A DNA stretch of 64,000 bases from assembly GCA_973895155.1 (NCBI GenBank), contig OZ316899.1, positions 16,581,974 to 16,645,973 of the forward strand, given 5' to 3'. This document shows positions 25,653-37,434 of the stretch, in pieces. The stretch comes from Marsupella aquatica. Taxonomy: Eukaryota > Plantae > Marchantiophyta. Under the pieces are notes generated by a model. It saw only the letters and a list, made by a program, of their open reading frames with translations, made no database searches and was not told the origin of the DNA. A program made the translations under genes and the position numbers. Position 1 is the first letter of the stretch. Each line of letters starts with the position of its first letter.

Positions 25653-26225
25653 CTACAGCGTGTGATCCAAACATGTGTAGACACCAAAGTGACCGGTGGT
25701 GGGGTCTGGGAGGGCAGGACAAGTGACATCGCCAGGCACATTGCAGGATGGCGAGTGGGTCCAGATGATACATTGTGCTCTGTGAAAAAACCGACATCCA
25801 AGAGAACGGTCATCCAACTCTAGCCCAGAAGCCCTACAGGCAGGACAGTCATACTGGCAACTGTGCACACACCCTTGGGCCCTAATTTGTGGCGGGTCAT
25901 GTACGAGAGACAAAAATACCAAGGATGTTGGGAAGGGTGGAGAAGCAGGTACAGGGCGGTTGTAGTTGTTCCTGGCAACAACTGGGTACTCAAAGTACCA
26001 TGCAGACTGGGCTGGAAGGATCCCAAGTCTGACATACTCAAGGCGCAACATCTCTGCCTTGCGTGCAAGCCGCACATGTTCAGCATTGCGGGTCCTCACC
26101 ATAAGTGTTGCTTTTGTGGAGTGTCGTGTGTTCACGTCCTCTGATAAGCACCTTCGATCAGCAAGGTGAGCAGGAGCTGTACTTGCCTCACCAACAGCAA
26201 CCAACCTTAAATTATCAGTTCCCAC
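25653..26225 (-). CDS. Hypothetical Cys-rich protein (possible cargo)
   Basis: 190-codon ORF co-oriented with the other cargo genes, with a CVHSCQYDCPAC cluster; no recognised domain. Confidence 0.35.
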   Translation of the reverse strand: MGTDNLRLVAVGEASTAPAHLADRRCLSEDVNTRHSTKATLMVRTRNAEHVRLARKAEMLRLEYVRLGILPAQSAWYFEYPVVARNNYNRPVPASPPFPTSLVFLSLVHDPPQIRAQGCVHSCQYDCPACRASGLELDDRSLGCRFFHRAQCIIWTHSPSCNVPGDVTCPALPDPTTGHFGVYTCLDHTL

Positions 26226-28667
26226 TCACTGTGTCATTCCATTGGTTCCAACTAGGGGTCACAGTGTAAACATAGCATGAAACACTCCTAATCAACTTGC
26301 TTACAAACTACAATATCCAGAAAGAGTGAAAGTCTCACCCTCCAGTGAGCAGCAGAGAGGTAGTTCACTGGATGTGTTGATGTGCAGTTAAACCTCCACT
26401 ATTGCTTACTTCCGGTGTATGCTGCTCAGAAGAAGACATATTCGTAGCAGCAAATTGCAAATAATGGCCATAAGCAAACCGTGAGAGTTTGCAGAATGCT
26501 ACGACAACTATTCATCCATCACAGCAGTGCTCCACAGGAATGAAACCAAGCAAAATTTGGTGACCTCGGCCAATGACAAGGCCAATGTAGTTCACAATCC
26601 TTGACCGATCAGGATATGGATTGGAATTACAATTAGTCAGCTCTTCTTCTTTGTTTTCTAACTCTGGGGGAAATGAGCATGACCAGGGAATTCTCTGAGA
26701 AATAGAAGTGCACAGGGAAAATGAAATTGGCTCATTCAGCTGCGCAAGATGGATCATTGCAGCATACTTGGACAGTTGTTCCGCAATACATAAAATACCC
26801 TGACTTACATGCAATTGATACAATCTGCTTCTGTTGGCTGTCCTACAGCTCATGGTAGTGCCATTGGGACAAGGTAAGTGAATATTGCCATAGCTGAAGC
26901 ACATTGAGCTTGCAACAACAAGTGAAGGAGCATGGCCAAAAGCAGAAAAGACAGACAGGTTTTACAAGAAGAAACTAACAACCGCCAATCTGCTCAAATC
27001 CGCTGCATAGATCAAACCCTCCGAACTACACAGCCCTCCTTTGAAAACAATCCAATGTGCTTTGGCTGGTGGATGACAAGGACTGGGAGAAGAGGAAACG
27101 TCTGCACAATCAATCCAAATGACGGGACACAGAGACCAGGCACAGAGAGGATTTGTGCTTAGACAAAAACCACAAATTGTAGCATGGGCGCCATAGCATT
27201 CTAGACAAAGCACAAAAACATAGAATCTATGAATCTATGACTCATGGACTAACAAAATGATTGGGTAGCATGGCAAAAGGAAAGACAAATTTCAAAATGA
27301 CAACATGGCCCGTTTCCGCCATTCATTTGACGTTGCTAGGTGTCCGTAAGATGACTGACCCACAGACAATCCCGACAACCTCATCTGACAGACTGCTTTT
27401 CTAGTGTGAAGAAATACATGATTACAAGCAACACCACGCCTCATCCAAGCAGGGAATTGAAAACATAACCATGTCATTCCTGTATTGGACAATGTCCTCT
27501 GCCATTGCACTGCATAGTTGTTATTCCATGTTGGTTGTCAACAGTTTGTTGGCTTGCCACAGCCTAGATAGAACAATAAAATACTGTACATGAATACAAC
27601 AAGAAGAATCTGCATACAGCGATGGCCCGGTCACTTGAGGAAAAAACAAAACTAAGAAGGCAGGCACACGGGCAACCGAGAAAAAAAGCTAGTGGCGCCT
27701 CGCGGAGAATCCAAAATGGTAATGCCCTTGCCCAGAAGCTTGGGAAACAAAAGAGAAAAAAGCAAAAACGAGCTACCGACCACCGTCTTGACCAGGCCCG
27801 CCAGGCCCGCCACAAGGTATGGCTGGAGGCTGTGGTCCCCCCCTCAGTAAAGAAAAGGATGCAGGTTGGAGCACGGGGCACAAGGCATGTTTGGATCCAG
27901 GAGGAGCAAAATAGTAATGTCAAGCAGGAAGTGTGGAGAGACCAATCAGTAAACAAAAATAGGGGAGAACAAACATACATCAGCAGCAGCAGGAAATGAG
28001 AGAGTTGATTTAGGAGGGATTGTAGGGAGAGAGGTTTTGGTGGGCTCGGCTGCGCGTGAAATATCGGGAGATAGATGCGCGAGAGAGTGAGGAGGGTGGC
28101 AAGCGGAAGACGGGTTGGGACTGGACCCTTGGTGCCGGTGGGTAATATATGGGGTTTCAGCAGACTTGGGGCCAGTTTGAGGAGGATTAAGAAGCGCGCA
28201 CCCCACGTTCTTGGGTGGTGGTTGGGTGGGGTTTTGTTTGATTGAAGAAGAAACCACCATTCTCTTCTAGAAGAAAGAAAATCGCAGGAAACAGTGGACG
28301 GGAGAACAAGGCATGTAATAGAGAACAACAAGGCATGTAATAGAGACAGTGCGCAGCTTAGCTCCAAGGTCCAACGTTACGATGCACAGGGGGTCCTTGG
28401 TTGCAAGTAGGAGAAGGACTGAATCACTGTGGCTGCTCTTCTCTACTATCGAAGCACCCGGCTGGCAGCTCCGCAAACACTGATCGTAGCTACAATCTCT
28501 ACACCGTTGATTGAAGAGCAGCTACAGCACAGTAAGGAGCTCCCACAGCCTCCCTCTTCAAAGCTCGGTTGACCTAGCTCTACGATCGACGGAGCATGGG
28601 CGCCAGACAAAGCACAAACTGTACCATGGAGCTGGAGAAAAACACTGAGTAATTGAAGCCTAACAAT

Positions 28668-28700
28668 ACCCTAAACCCTAAACCCTAAACCCTAAACCCT
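28668..28700 (+). repeat. Interstitial plant telomeric repeat / telo-box tract (CCCTAAA) x ~4.5
   Basis: accctaaaccctaaaccctaaaccctaaaccct. Confidence 0.9.
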
Positions 28701-31150
28701 TCTCAGCTCCTGATTGAATGAGGAAAAACACATTACAAGACACATTGCAGGCAATAGGATTTTAACAATGAAATCTCGCCTGTGCTGACAGAATACCTGC
28801 TTACAGCCACGCGTTGCTCATCCTCCCACAGTTTGGGGGCACACTATCCAGATGGCATGACGCATGCCTTAACTTATGACAATTTGCGCAGCTCAAATCA
28901 AGTAGGTTGTCCCCACAAAAAGACAGAGGACAACAAAGAAAAGCAATGTAGCCGTGATGTCTTACCAGCCCTGACAAGGGGAGCTTCAAAGGTGGTGCAC
29001 TGTGGCTGAAATGGCAGCACGTTGCTCGAACACTAAAGCAACACAAAACTTGGACTCTCACCTTATGCAACTCCTGGCTTGTATTCAGTTGGCGTTGGCC
29101 CACTCTAAGCTCCTGCGCCGCTCCGACTGCCAGTCGTTCTGTAGACGGTCTGTATCCTCCTTGACCGCAGCTCCTCCCCGCCCCCAGCTTGTCACCCGCG
29201 TCTTCTCCCCAATTTGTGGTGAGCTCCTCCTCGACCATAGCTCTTGCGACTGCTTTGCCTAGCCTCTGATGGCCTTCACGTTGTTACCGATTGTCGCTCA
29301 CCACAAAGTCCACAATCCATAAACCAGGCAGATAGCGCGCCCGTAGAACAGATGCAACCCGCATGCAGCTTCACCAGCTCAATGGCAGCTCGACAACTTA
29401 AGGGTGCAGCAAAAGGGCGTTGAATAGGTTGTCTCACCTCACCCTTCGAGAGCCGGTCATTGCAGCATCCCTAAACTCCCAATCCCTCTTCTCGGATTCC
29501 ACAGAGCCGACCACAAGAAAATGGGAACACTAAACCTCACTGTAGAGACGTTCCCACCAAGATTACACGGAAAACCTTGCTCCGATCCCTAAGCTCCCGA
29601 TCCCATCGAGAGAACACGATAAAACCTTGCTCCGATCCCTAAACTCCTAATCCCACCAAGAGAACACAATAAACCTTGCTCCGCAAGTTGGGAATGTGGC
29701 GGGATCCCTAAACACATCAACAACCTGCTAAGTGTATGCAAAGTTGCATAACCAGCTTGTTCCCTTCCAACGGTCGCGCGACTCGGGTGTCCAAACGGTA
29801 CTGCAAGCGGTACAGGCCCCTAGCTTGGGATACCCTTACCAAAGTCACTGGTGTTGCCGACATGGTAACGGCAAGATTATCCTGACCCTCCATAAACCCC
29901 CTCCATTCACTCAAGTGTTGTGAGTGACAACTTAGTGTAGTGTCGCTAAACAAATACTTTGGCCTTAGCAAATATCTGTGGTGATCGAACTTCATTAAAC
30001 CAAACCTCTTTTGGTCACAAATAAGGCCATTTAATGAGTGATGCCCCTTGTCATCACCCTCTTAATTTATGCAATTACCCCTCCTGAACATAAGTGAACA
30101 TTGTCCAAATTGCCTACCCTCATGAATAATTTGTCAATTATCTTTCCCGACATATATGATGTCAATGGACATGATGGGGAACATGATGTCAATGGACATG
30201 ATGCCAACGATCCAATGGTTCCTAAACCCCCATCCCCTTAACATGCAACCCCCGACCCTTGACATCAAACCCCCCTAAACCCCCTTTAGTGAAAACCCAG
30301 CCACCCCCTAGCCTTGACATGTAAATCCCCTAAATGTCTTGACAACTCGACTGTGGCCAGACTATCTTTGCAATGCCAGGGGCCATTTTTAGAGTGCATG
30401 CCGCTTGCAAGCTCAGGCTCTCAAGATCCTCCCAAGGCAGCAAACAAGTTAGGGTCCCTAAACATGTTCCTTTACCCTAAACCATTGCGTCACTATTTCA
30501 ATCGAGTGTTCTTCGGCTGGACAACCCCCTAACCCTAAACCCACACCCCCTTGAGACCGGTACAAATCTACCTTTGTGCATCTCGGCCTTTTATAGATGG
30601 AGTTAGTAATCGATCCCTCCGTAGTCCACCCTCCATGAACCTCACTCCAAAACCTTTTTGGTCACAAATAAGGCCATTTATTGAGTTATGCCCCTTGCTA
30701 TCACCCTCTTTACAGAATTACCCCTCCTCAACATAAGTGAACATTACCCATGATGTGCTAGACTATTCACCGTTCACAAAGTAGCAAGGTTACTTCTCAT
30801 AGTCTTTTAGTGAACCATAAAACACTAATAGTCTTTTGTAGTCTTCAACAAAACCGGTGCAATGGGTGCGAGTCGTTTCAAGTATGGAAAAAGGACTTAG
30901 TGGGCTTAGTCCTATAAGGTATGGTCTAAATTGCCCCGGTTTCTACTAGTGCAAAGCTCTTGGTTGAGGTAAACAAAGGGAGAAGACAACCTGGAAGCCG
31001 GAGGAGGAACCAGGACCCGTGAGCTATGATCGGCAGGAAGCCGTGTTCATAGCAAGACCAGGAGAGCAGCGGGGGAAGCCGGTAGTCCAAGCCGCGGAGG
31101 AGGCGGTGGAGGACTACGGCAATGATGACTCCGGCTACGGGTTGGACCAC

Positions 31151-34100
31151 TGTAGAGTAGGGTTTAAGGAAATATGAATTACTTTCCTCTTAAACAACCA
31201 GAATTCATTCCCATTAAGAGCTTGTGAGACCTAAAAGATTGTATTAATATACTTTGAGATAGTTAAGCTAACCTATCTCAGATTTTAAGCCTTTACCGAC
31301 ATGCTTAGGTTAGGTGGAAGGAGTTTTTAATACATCCTCAGGTATTGTGATGTTTGCATCATCAAAAGTGCAATAATCAATTCTAAAAATATAAGAAAAC
31401 AACCAAAAGCCAGAGACGTAAAGATAGGATTAGGCGAGCCTTAAATGTCTCATCTCCTCTTGCCACTTAGCAATCTATGACTAAGTTAGGCACGATTAAG
31501 AGTCAACAGAGAGTCTGTTCAAATTAGGTTGATGCCTAATGCTCATCTTTAAAGCCAACCATCTAAGAATTTGTAAAAGATGCATATAAGATAGCCCATA
31601 TTAACTTTCTGACCTATGTCAAGGCAAAGGTGGTACTGATTACTCCGAACTAACTTATTCTTCTATTCAATCCTTCAGATTGCTCTTTTAGGACTACGCA
31701 ATTTATGAGTTCTCGTATGGTGCTTCTTCCACTAATACTTAATAAGCCATAAGTATTCCATAGTCAACATGAATCTTTAGACCTTTGCATGGTCTCAGGC
31801 ATGCATTGCCAGTCAGCCTAAAGGTTAACTATGACATTGTTAGTCACTTTCCATAGATTTTCTAGCAAGAATGGTCACACACTAATGTCCAAACACAAAG
31901 CATAGATCACCAAAATTATGAATCTATTACTTATCTTCAAAGAATGAGACTTTCAAAAGTGAAATGCAAGTTTGAGTAAAATGGTGGAAACTTTCCCTCT
32001 TATACTTAGGGACAAGTTTCTTCTAAACAAAAGTTGAAAAGGTATGCCTCTTCAATTCCTAACCTAAGTGTAAAAGTAAAAAGTAATGCTAAAGTCTGAA
32101 ACTAGACTATGAGATAAAGTGCTCAGCAAAAATTCAAAGTCTAATTCTTCCTATACTAAGTTTTATAGGGCTTCAAACACAAAACCGGATCAAAAACTGG
32201 GTGGGAAACTGGATGGGAAGCCGGTTCAACTTCCGGATGGAATAACTTTTTACTCTTCAGGAGTTGAAGTGTCAGGCTTCACCGATGTGGAGTCTACTGC
32301 TGGGTCAATGGAGTTGAGAGGGTTTGGCATGAAAGTGATACCTCCAAAGGTAGTAGTAAATGGTGAGGTCGGAATGGGTGGAAAATTGGGTGTAACTGTG
32401 GTAGAAGTGATATCAGGATCAGGAGAGTCAGCCCATCCTTCTGTTGGTGTCACCTGTGGAGATGGAACAGTGACCTTCTCTGCAAATTGAGTCTGCTCCT
32501 CATCAGAAAGGTCATAGAATTTCTTCAGTTCAGCAAGGATAAGCTTGAGGGCAGAGAGGCATTCTTCCACCTTGTCACCATAGTCATGTGCAATCTGGAT
32601 GACTAAGGGCATGAGAAGGGGATTGGGTACATCAATGAAGTACTGCCTAAATAGTTGGGTCTGTACCAGGTCCTCTCCCTTGGTTTCTACTAAGGGTTCC
32701 AGGTGATCCATAGCTCTGGAAATGTTATCGAAGAGTAGTTGCTCCGTTGTGGTCTTCTCCTTTGCCTTGTGCAGCAACTGTTCAAGATGATAGTTCTTCT
32801 TCTTCTCTTCCTCTAATGACTTCTCTAGCTGCTCAATCTTGACCTTGTTCTCATCTCCTTTCATCAGGTCCTCCACTTTCTTCACAAGGTCAACAAGAGC
32901 TACACCAGTCACCTAGGAGAGCCTTGAGAGCACTGGTTCCATGATTCCCATCTTGGTCTTGATGGCCGAAAGATCCTTGAATAAACAAGAAAAATGGTGT
33001 AAGGTAGAGTGTAAAAGACCAGCTGAAGAGGTAGTAGTGCCACTCATCGGGTAGGAAACCGGTTCAGAAGCCGGATCAGAAGCCGGTTCAGGTTTGTCAA
33101 GCTTCCTCTTCTTGGTTGGCCCTACAAAGTCGATCTCTTCCGGCTCTAGGACATCTTCACACTCTGGTAAGTTCTGAATTTCTGGATCCAAGACTCCATA
33201 TTTCACATAGCTGCTCTTGGTGCCAAATGCACTCTTCTCATGTTTGAATAAGGTTTGGTCATGAGAGTATAGATGTACCAAGTAACAGGAGAGAGCAGTG
33301 GGTGCTCTGTTGGACAGGGTGGAGACCTGCTTCTCTAGAACACTTGAGAAGATAGTGGCCCATGATACCTCTATGGTTTTGAAGAAGGAAGCAATGATAG
33401 TACTTCCTACTTTAAGAATCACCCTAGCCTCCTTGGTTTCTCTGGATAGATGAGGGGGACTAGGAATGCCATCACGTTCCTGAGGTCCTTGTGGGTACAC
33501 TGATTGATGGTCCATCCTTCTTTGGCATCCATCTTGCCACCAAAGTATTCCACTGTGAGATTCTCTCCTCTGGGGCAGAAGCCACTCCCTTTCACTGGTA
33601 GCTGAAAAAGCTTCTCCAACGAATGCCTTGGTCCAAGCTTTTGGTCGAGCTCGTCCAGTCTTCTGAAATTCTGGGGGAGGAACTCCTGCCAGCACTTCCC
33701 TCACCATGTCTTCACTCAGAAATCCCCAAGTAAGATCCATCAAGGAGGCACAGCCCATTAGTGTAATATCTTTTCGGAGCTGTTCCTTCTCAGCTGCATC
33801 AGTAGGAATGAGGGGTCTCAAGGGCTTCATGGTGATCTGAGCCTCTTTCCTCTTTGAACGTCGTACTTCAGGCTTTACTGGAGTCCCACTCTGAGTCTTG
33901 GAAGAAGGACTGCTCTTGGCACTCTTCATACTGCCTGGTAGTTGGAGTAGCAAACAGATTTGAACCGGTGAGGGCAGAAGGTAGGAGCTAGAAGTTAATA
34001 TAGCCTCTATAATTACTCCGTTTCGTATATCAGCCAACCTTCTCCATCTCAGCACACTTTCAGCGAAAACGAACGTCTAGCAAGCGAGATATAGCAGAAA

Positions 34101-34754
34101 CCGGTTTGCCACCGGTTTAGTTCCGGTTCGTAAAAACTGGCTCAAGCCCCGAAAGTAGACAACTATCAAAACAGGGGGTCTTAGTGCCAATCTCCACATC
34201 CCCAGCCTTCCCTCCAAGCGTAGGAGTAGGCTACCACCTCACATGAGTCTGTCAAGGCTCTCTTATACCTTTCTCTCATAGAAACTAGAATGGTCCTATA
34301 ATCCGGACCCAAGATCCTCAACCGGAAGGGAAGAGCCTCCTTTCACTACTGCTTCGACAAGCCTATTCACTCGGGAGCTCAAAACTTACTCTGTTCAGCT
34401 TTGAGAGGTGTGAGAAGAGCAAAACCGGTTCGGCCTTAAGAGGGATTCCGGCTCATTGTCAGGAGTCCAATGCTTATGGGTTTTCCCCAGGACAAAGAGC
34501 GTAGCCTTGGCTTCAAGAACCTGGTGTTAGATTTTCTTGATAGCATCCGGAGACAATTTTACGGCTTTTAGTTTGTGGTCCGGTTTCCTTCTCTTTACCA
34601 AGAAATACTTTCTTCCGGTTGAGCCTCTTTTCCTTCTCTTAATCTTTCAATAATGGTTTGCTTAGCATTTAAGGTTCTTCTTTCCCGCTTCAAAGGCAAA
34701 AAAAATTAATTTTTCCACTCTCTTTATTCCTTTCTTCTTAACCATGTTATCACA
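31151..34754 (-). mobile_element. Solo-LTR-like element A (3,604 bp) containing an ORF
   Basis: Begins TGTAGAG and ends ATCACA; 5-bp TSD ACCAC at 31146-31150 and 34755-34759; no terminal direct or inverted repeats and no gag/pol. Its removal restores the host ORF. Confidence 0.85.
32250..33929 (-). pseudogene. Retroelement-associated plant-mobile-domain-like plus coiled-coil protein (~560 aa), with compensating frameshifts and one stop
   Basis: MKSAKSSP...GCASLMDLTWG...YFGGKMDAKEGWTINQCTHKDLRNVMAFLVPLIYPEKP...VSWATIF...SCYLVHLY, then a coiled coil KIEQLEKSLEEEKKKNYHLEQLL. TAG at 32913; frameshifts at ~33590 and ~33420. Confidence 0.7.
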
Positions 34755-37416
34755 ACCACCATGTTCCGAGAGTAAGGACCTGTGGCCATTTCATCCCCAT
34801 GCTTCCAAGAGTAGTTCGAGGGGACCCCACCCAACAGAGCATCCCTGAGTCTCCCCCACCAGATGTCACTCCCCTGAGCTTTGACGGGATAAAACAGACG
34901 GCATAGGAGTTTCAGGAGCAACTCAAGGAAGAAGAGGAGGCAGCCCTGGCTAGGGAGAAGGATTTACCTGGGGGAGAATGGCCAGAGGACATCTGGCGGC
35001 TTGCAGAAAGACGGGGTAGCCCTCTAGCCACGATAGAAGAAATCTAGAAGGCGGCTTGGGAACAAAGGCCGCGGTGGTTGATGCCGATGACTACTACTCA
35101 TTCCACCTATGCTAAAGATAGAGACATGGAGTACGTGGAGATGTGTGGGGAACTTGCGCTCAACATCTTTGGGGAGGAGTTGGAGCAGGGACCCTTTTTC
35201 CAGAGAGAGATGTTGGAAAAACACCGATTGGAAGAAGCGGTGGCTTTGGAGAGAAGAAAGAAAGACGAGGTCATCCGACGGCTTAGAGAGAAGGAAGCCA
35301 AGGCAGAGGACCTGAAGGCGGCCAAGAAAGCCCAAGATGAGCTGCGGATTACGCGGCATGAGCTAAACATCATGCAGGGGCAACTGGATACCGCTCTCTT
35401 TGATAATCAAATTATCAAGGATAAACTGACTCGGACCCAAGGGGAGTTGGCCGATGCGGTCAAGGAAAGGGAGAAGTGGAAGAGAGAGCTGAGGGACACA
35501 GAGGAGGCCCACATAGCAACCAACAATTGGGCCATGGCGGAGACCCAGAGGAGGGAGAGGGCGTTGAAGGGGGAGCTCAAGGATATCCGTAGAGCCCTTG
35601 AGCAGAAGGAGGCCGAGTTAAGGAAATCCTATCAAGGGATTATTGTGCTGCAGCAGGAGCTTGCATCCCTGACGGCCAGCTTCAAGGCCAACCTGCGTGA
35701 GAAAGACGACCAACTCAATCAGACTTATGCCAAGATGAACAAAATGGAGTTTGAGGTCGTAACGGAGCTGGACAAGGAGCTAAGAGCAACCCAGAAAGAA
35801 AGGGCTACCTTAAAGAAGGGATTGGAGGAAGCCCAGAAGGAATTGGAGGAAGCCCAAAAGGAGCTGGAGGAGGCGCGAAAGGATTTGGACTAAACACAGG
35901 AGCAATTGGAAGAAAGCACGAGGAAGATGGAGAACTTACAGCGGCGGGCCGACAACCAAACGGAGCGGCTGAAGAAACAAGCCGCAATATTTAAGTGCTT
36001 GGCTTCATCAGTTCCAACTCCAATTGGGGCAACCAAGTTGCCAAGGGTAGTACTGGCCGAAGGACAACCCGCGACACTTGCACCGGTGCTGGAAGTAAGT
36101 GGCAAGGGGAAGGGACCAACTGCCAAAACAGGGAAGCAGAAGAAGCGGAAACCTTCTGGGTTAGGGAGTAACACGGCTTCTCAAGCCATCGTGACCACGG
36201 AGGAGAACCCGGCACCAACCTCAGGCAGGGTCATGGTAGAGGATCCAACTGTCCTAGAAGGCGGGGATGGCAAAGCCGAGGCCAGGACAATCAGTGATGA
36301 AGTTGGGGTACCAAATCCACCACTAGAGCATGCCGGGGGGGCCGTAACCATATTGGAGGCCGTGGCCAATGCTGAGGCCAAAGCCGAGGGTGGACCCGGT
36401 CAGGCCGTGGGAGAGTTGACTGGGTCTGGGGCAGGTAATCTGTCAGAACATGGACCTACAGCAGTGGCTACAAAGGAAGCGTTGGGGGCATCCATTGAGG
36501 ATCAGCCATCGCTACCATGACGGTGGTGGAGGGCCACTCCTTTTAAGGAAGGCGGACGTCGAGGGAGGAGGCATGAGTGGGCAAGGCGGGCTCAAATCTC
36601 CAAGTTTAGAATTAGGATCAGGACCAAGAGGCGGCCCTGACACTTAGATTAGTGGCATTGCGGATCCACTGGTAAGAGCAACACTTGTGCTCCTGCCTCG
36701 TTGTACATAGGTAGATTACAGTTAGGATAGATTAGGCTTACGCTGCAAGGAATTAGGTGGATCCACTGTCAGGATAAGTACCTGGGCAGCGGGGAGTTCA
36801 AGGCCTTCTTCTTTAGCAAGTTTTTAGTGCACCAGCAAGGTTGGGATCAAGTAGTAAAAAAAGCTCTTGGTTAGTTATACTGTGACCCTTGTGTATATTC
36901 ATGTTTCCTCATGCCTAAGAGATGAATAGAGTTGGCCTCATGACTTAGTTCGCAGATCTTGTGTATGAGAAGTACTGTTTGTATGGCAAGTGCATGGTAT
37001 AACTCAATCAGAAGGAGTCATTTTGCTATTTGTGTGTCGCATTAACTTGTTTGAAGATTGCCCACATGAACCAAGTGAAGGGAGTAAGCAAGGTAGTAAG
37101 AGTTGGATGTGTCGAGCTAAAAAAGGTCTTAGGGGCTTACCCAAGCCAGTTGGGGATCATTTCGACGGCGGAATCCAAACATACCTAAAGGACCACGAGA
37201 GGAAGACAAGGGAAGGCATAGAATAGGTCGGCTATGTATCTCATGACCCGATGAAGGATCTATCCAGTATATGTGTGTAAAATGTTAGTAGAGAGATAGC
37301 AGCGTCCCATGCCGCTAAGCCGCGGAACCGGCCTCACCAAGAGCAAAACCTGCGGGAATTGGCTTGTGCAGAGGGGGTTTCTTGGGTTTAGGGAGCCATG
37401 GGACGCACCACATTTT

Positions 37417-37434
37417 TGGCGCTAGATGCAGGGG
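37417..37434 (+). promoter_or_regulatory. Primer-binding site of the host gypsy element, just after the probable LTR end ...GCACCACA (37412)
   Basis: CA-tttt-TGGCGCTAGATGCAGGGG lies ~250 bp upstream of gag. The TGG start complements tRNA CCA; the tRNA species was not identified. Confidence 0.7.

Larger units (their letters stand above)
13971..30951 (-). mobile_element. CACTA transposon 2 (16,981 bp) with cargo genes
   Basis: TIRs CACTAGTAGAAA(tt/cc)GGGG..ATTTAGACC at both ends; 3-bp TSD CAA at 13968-13970 and 30952-30954; TnpD- and TnpA-like genes on the minus strand. Confidence 0.97.
12884..36520 (+). pseudogene. Split ORF upstream of the gypsy PBS (pieces 12884-13970, 30955-31150, 34760-36520): plant-mobile-domain-like region plus long coiled coil, >1000 codons
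   Basis: One reading frame is restored across both junctions once CACTA 2 and the 31151-34754 element are removed (EGEQPK|ALG; GYGLDH|HVPRV). The N-terminal part aligns by eye with the 39142-41346 protein. It has 8 in-frame stops, all one C>T step from a sense codon. Confidence 0.75.

Noticed and set aside
26512-28367. ORFs 26512-26904, 26932-27162, 27564-28367 and 27622-27999 as additional cargo genes
   Set aside because: No recognisable domains, low-complexity composition, and the longer frames are not conserved in the sister copy. A spliced gene cannot be excluded.
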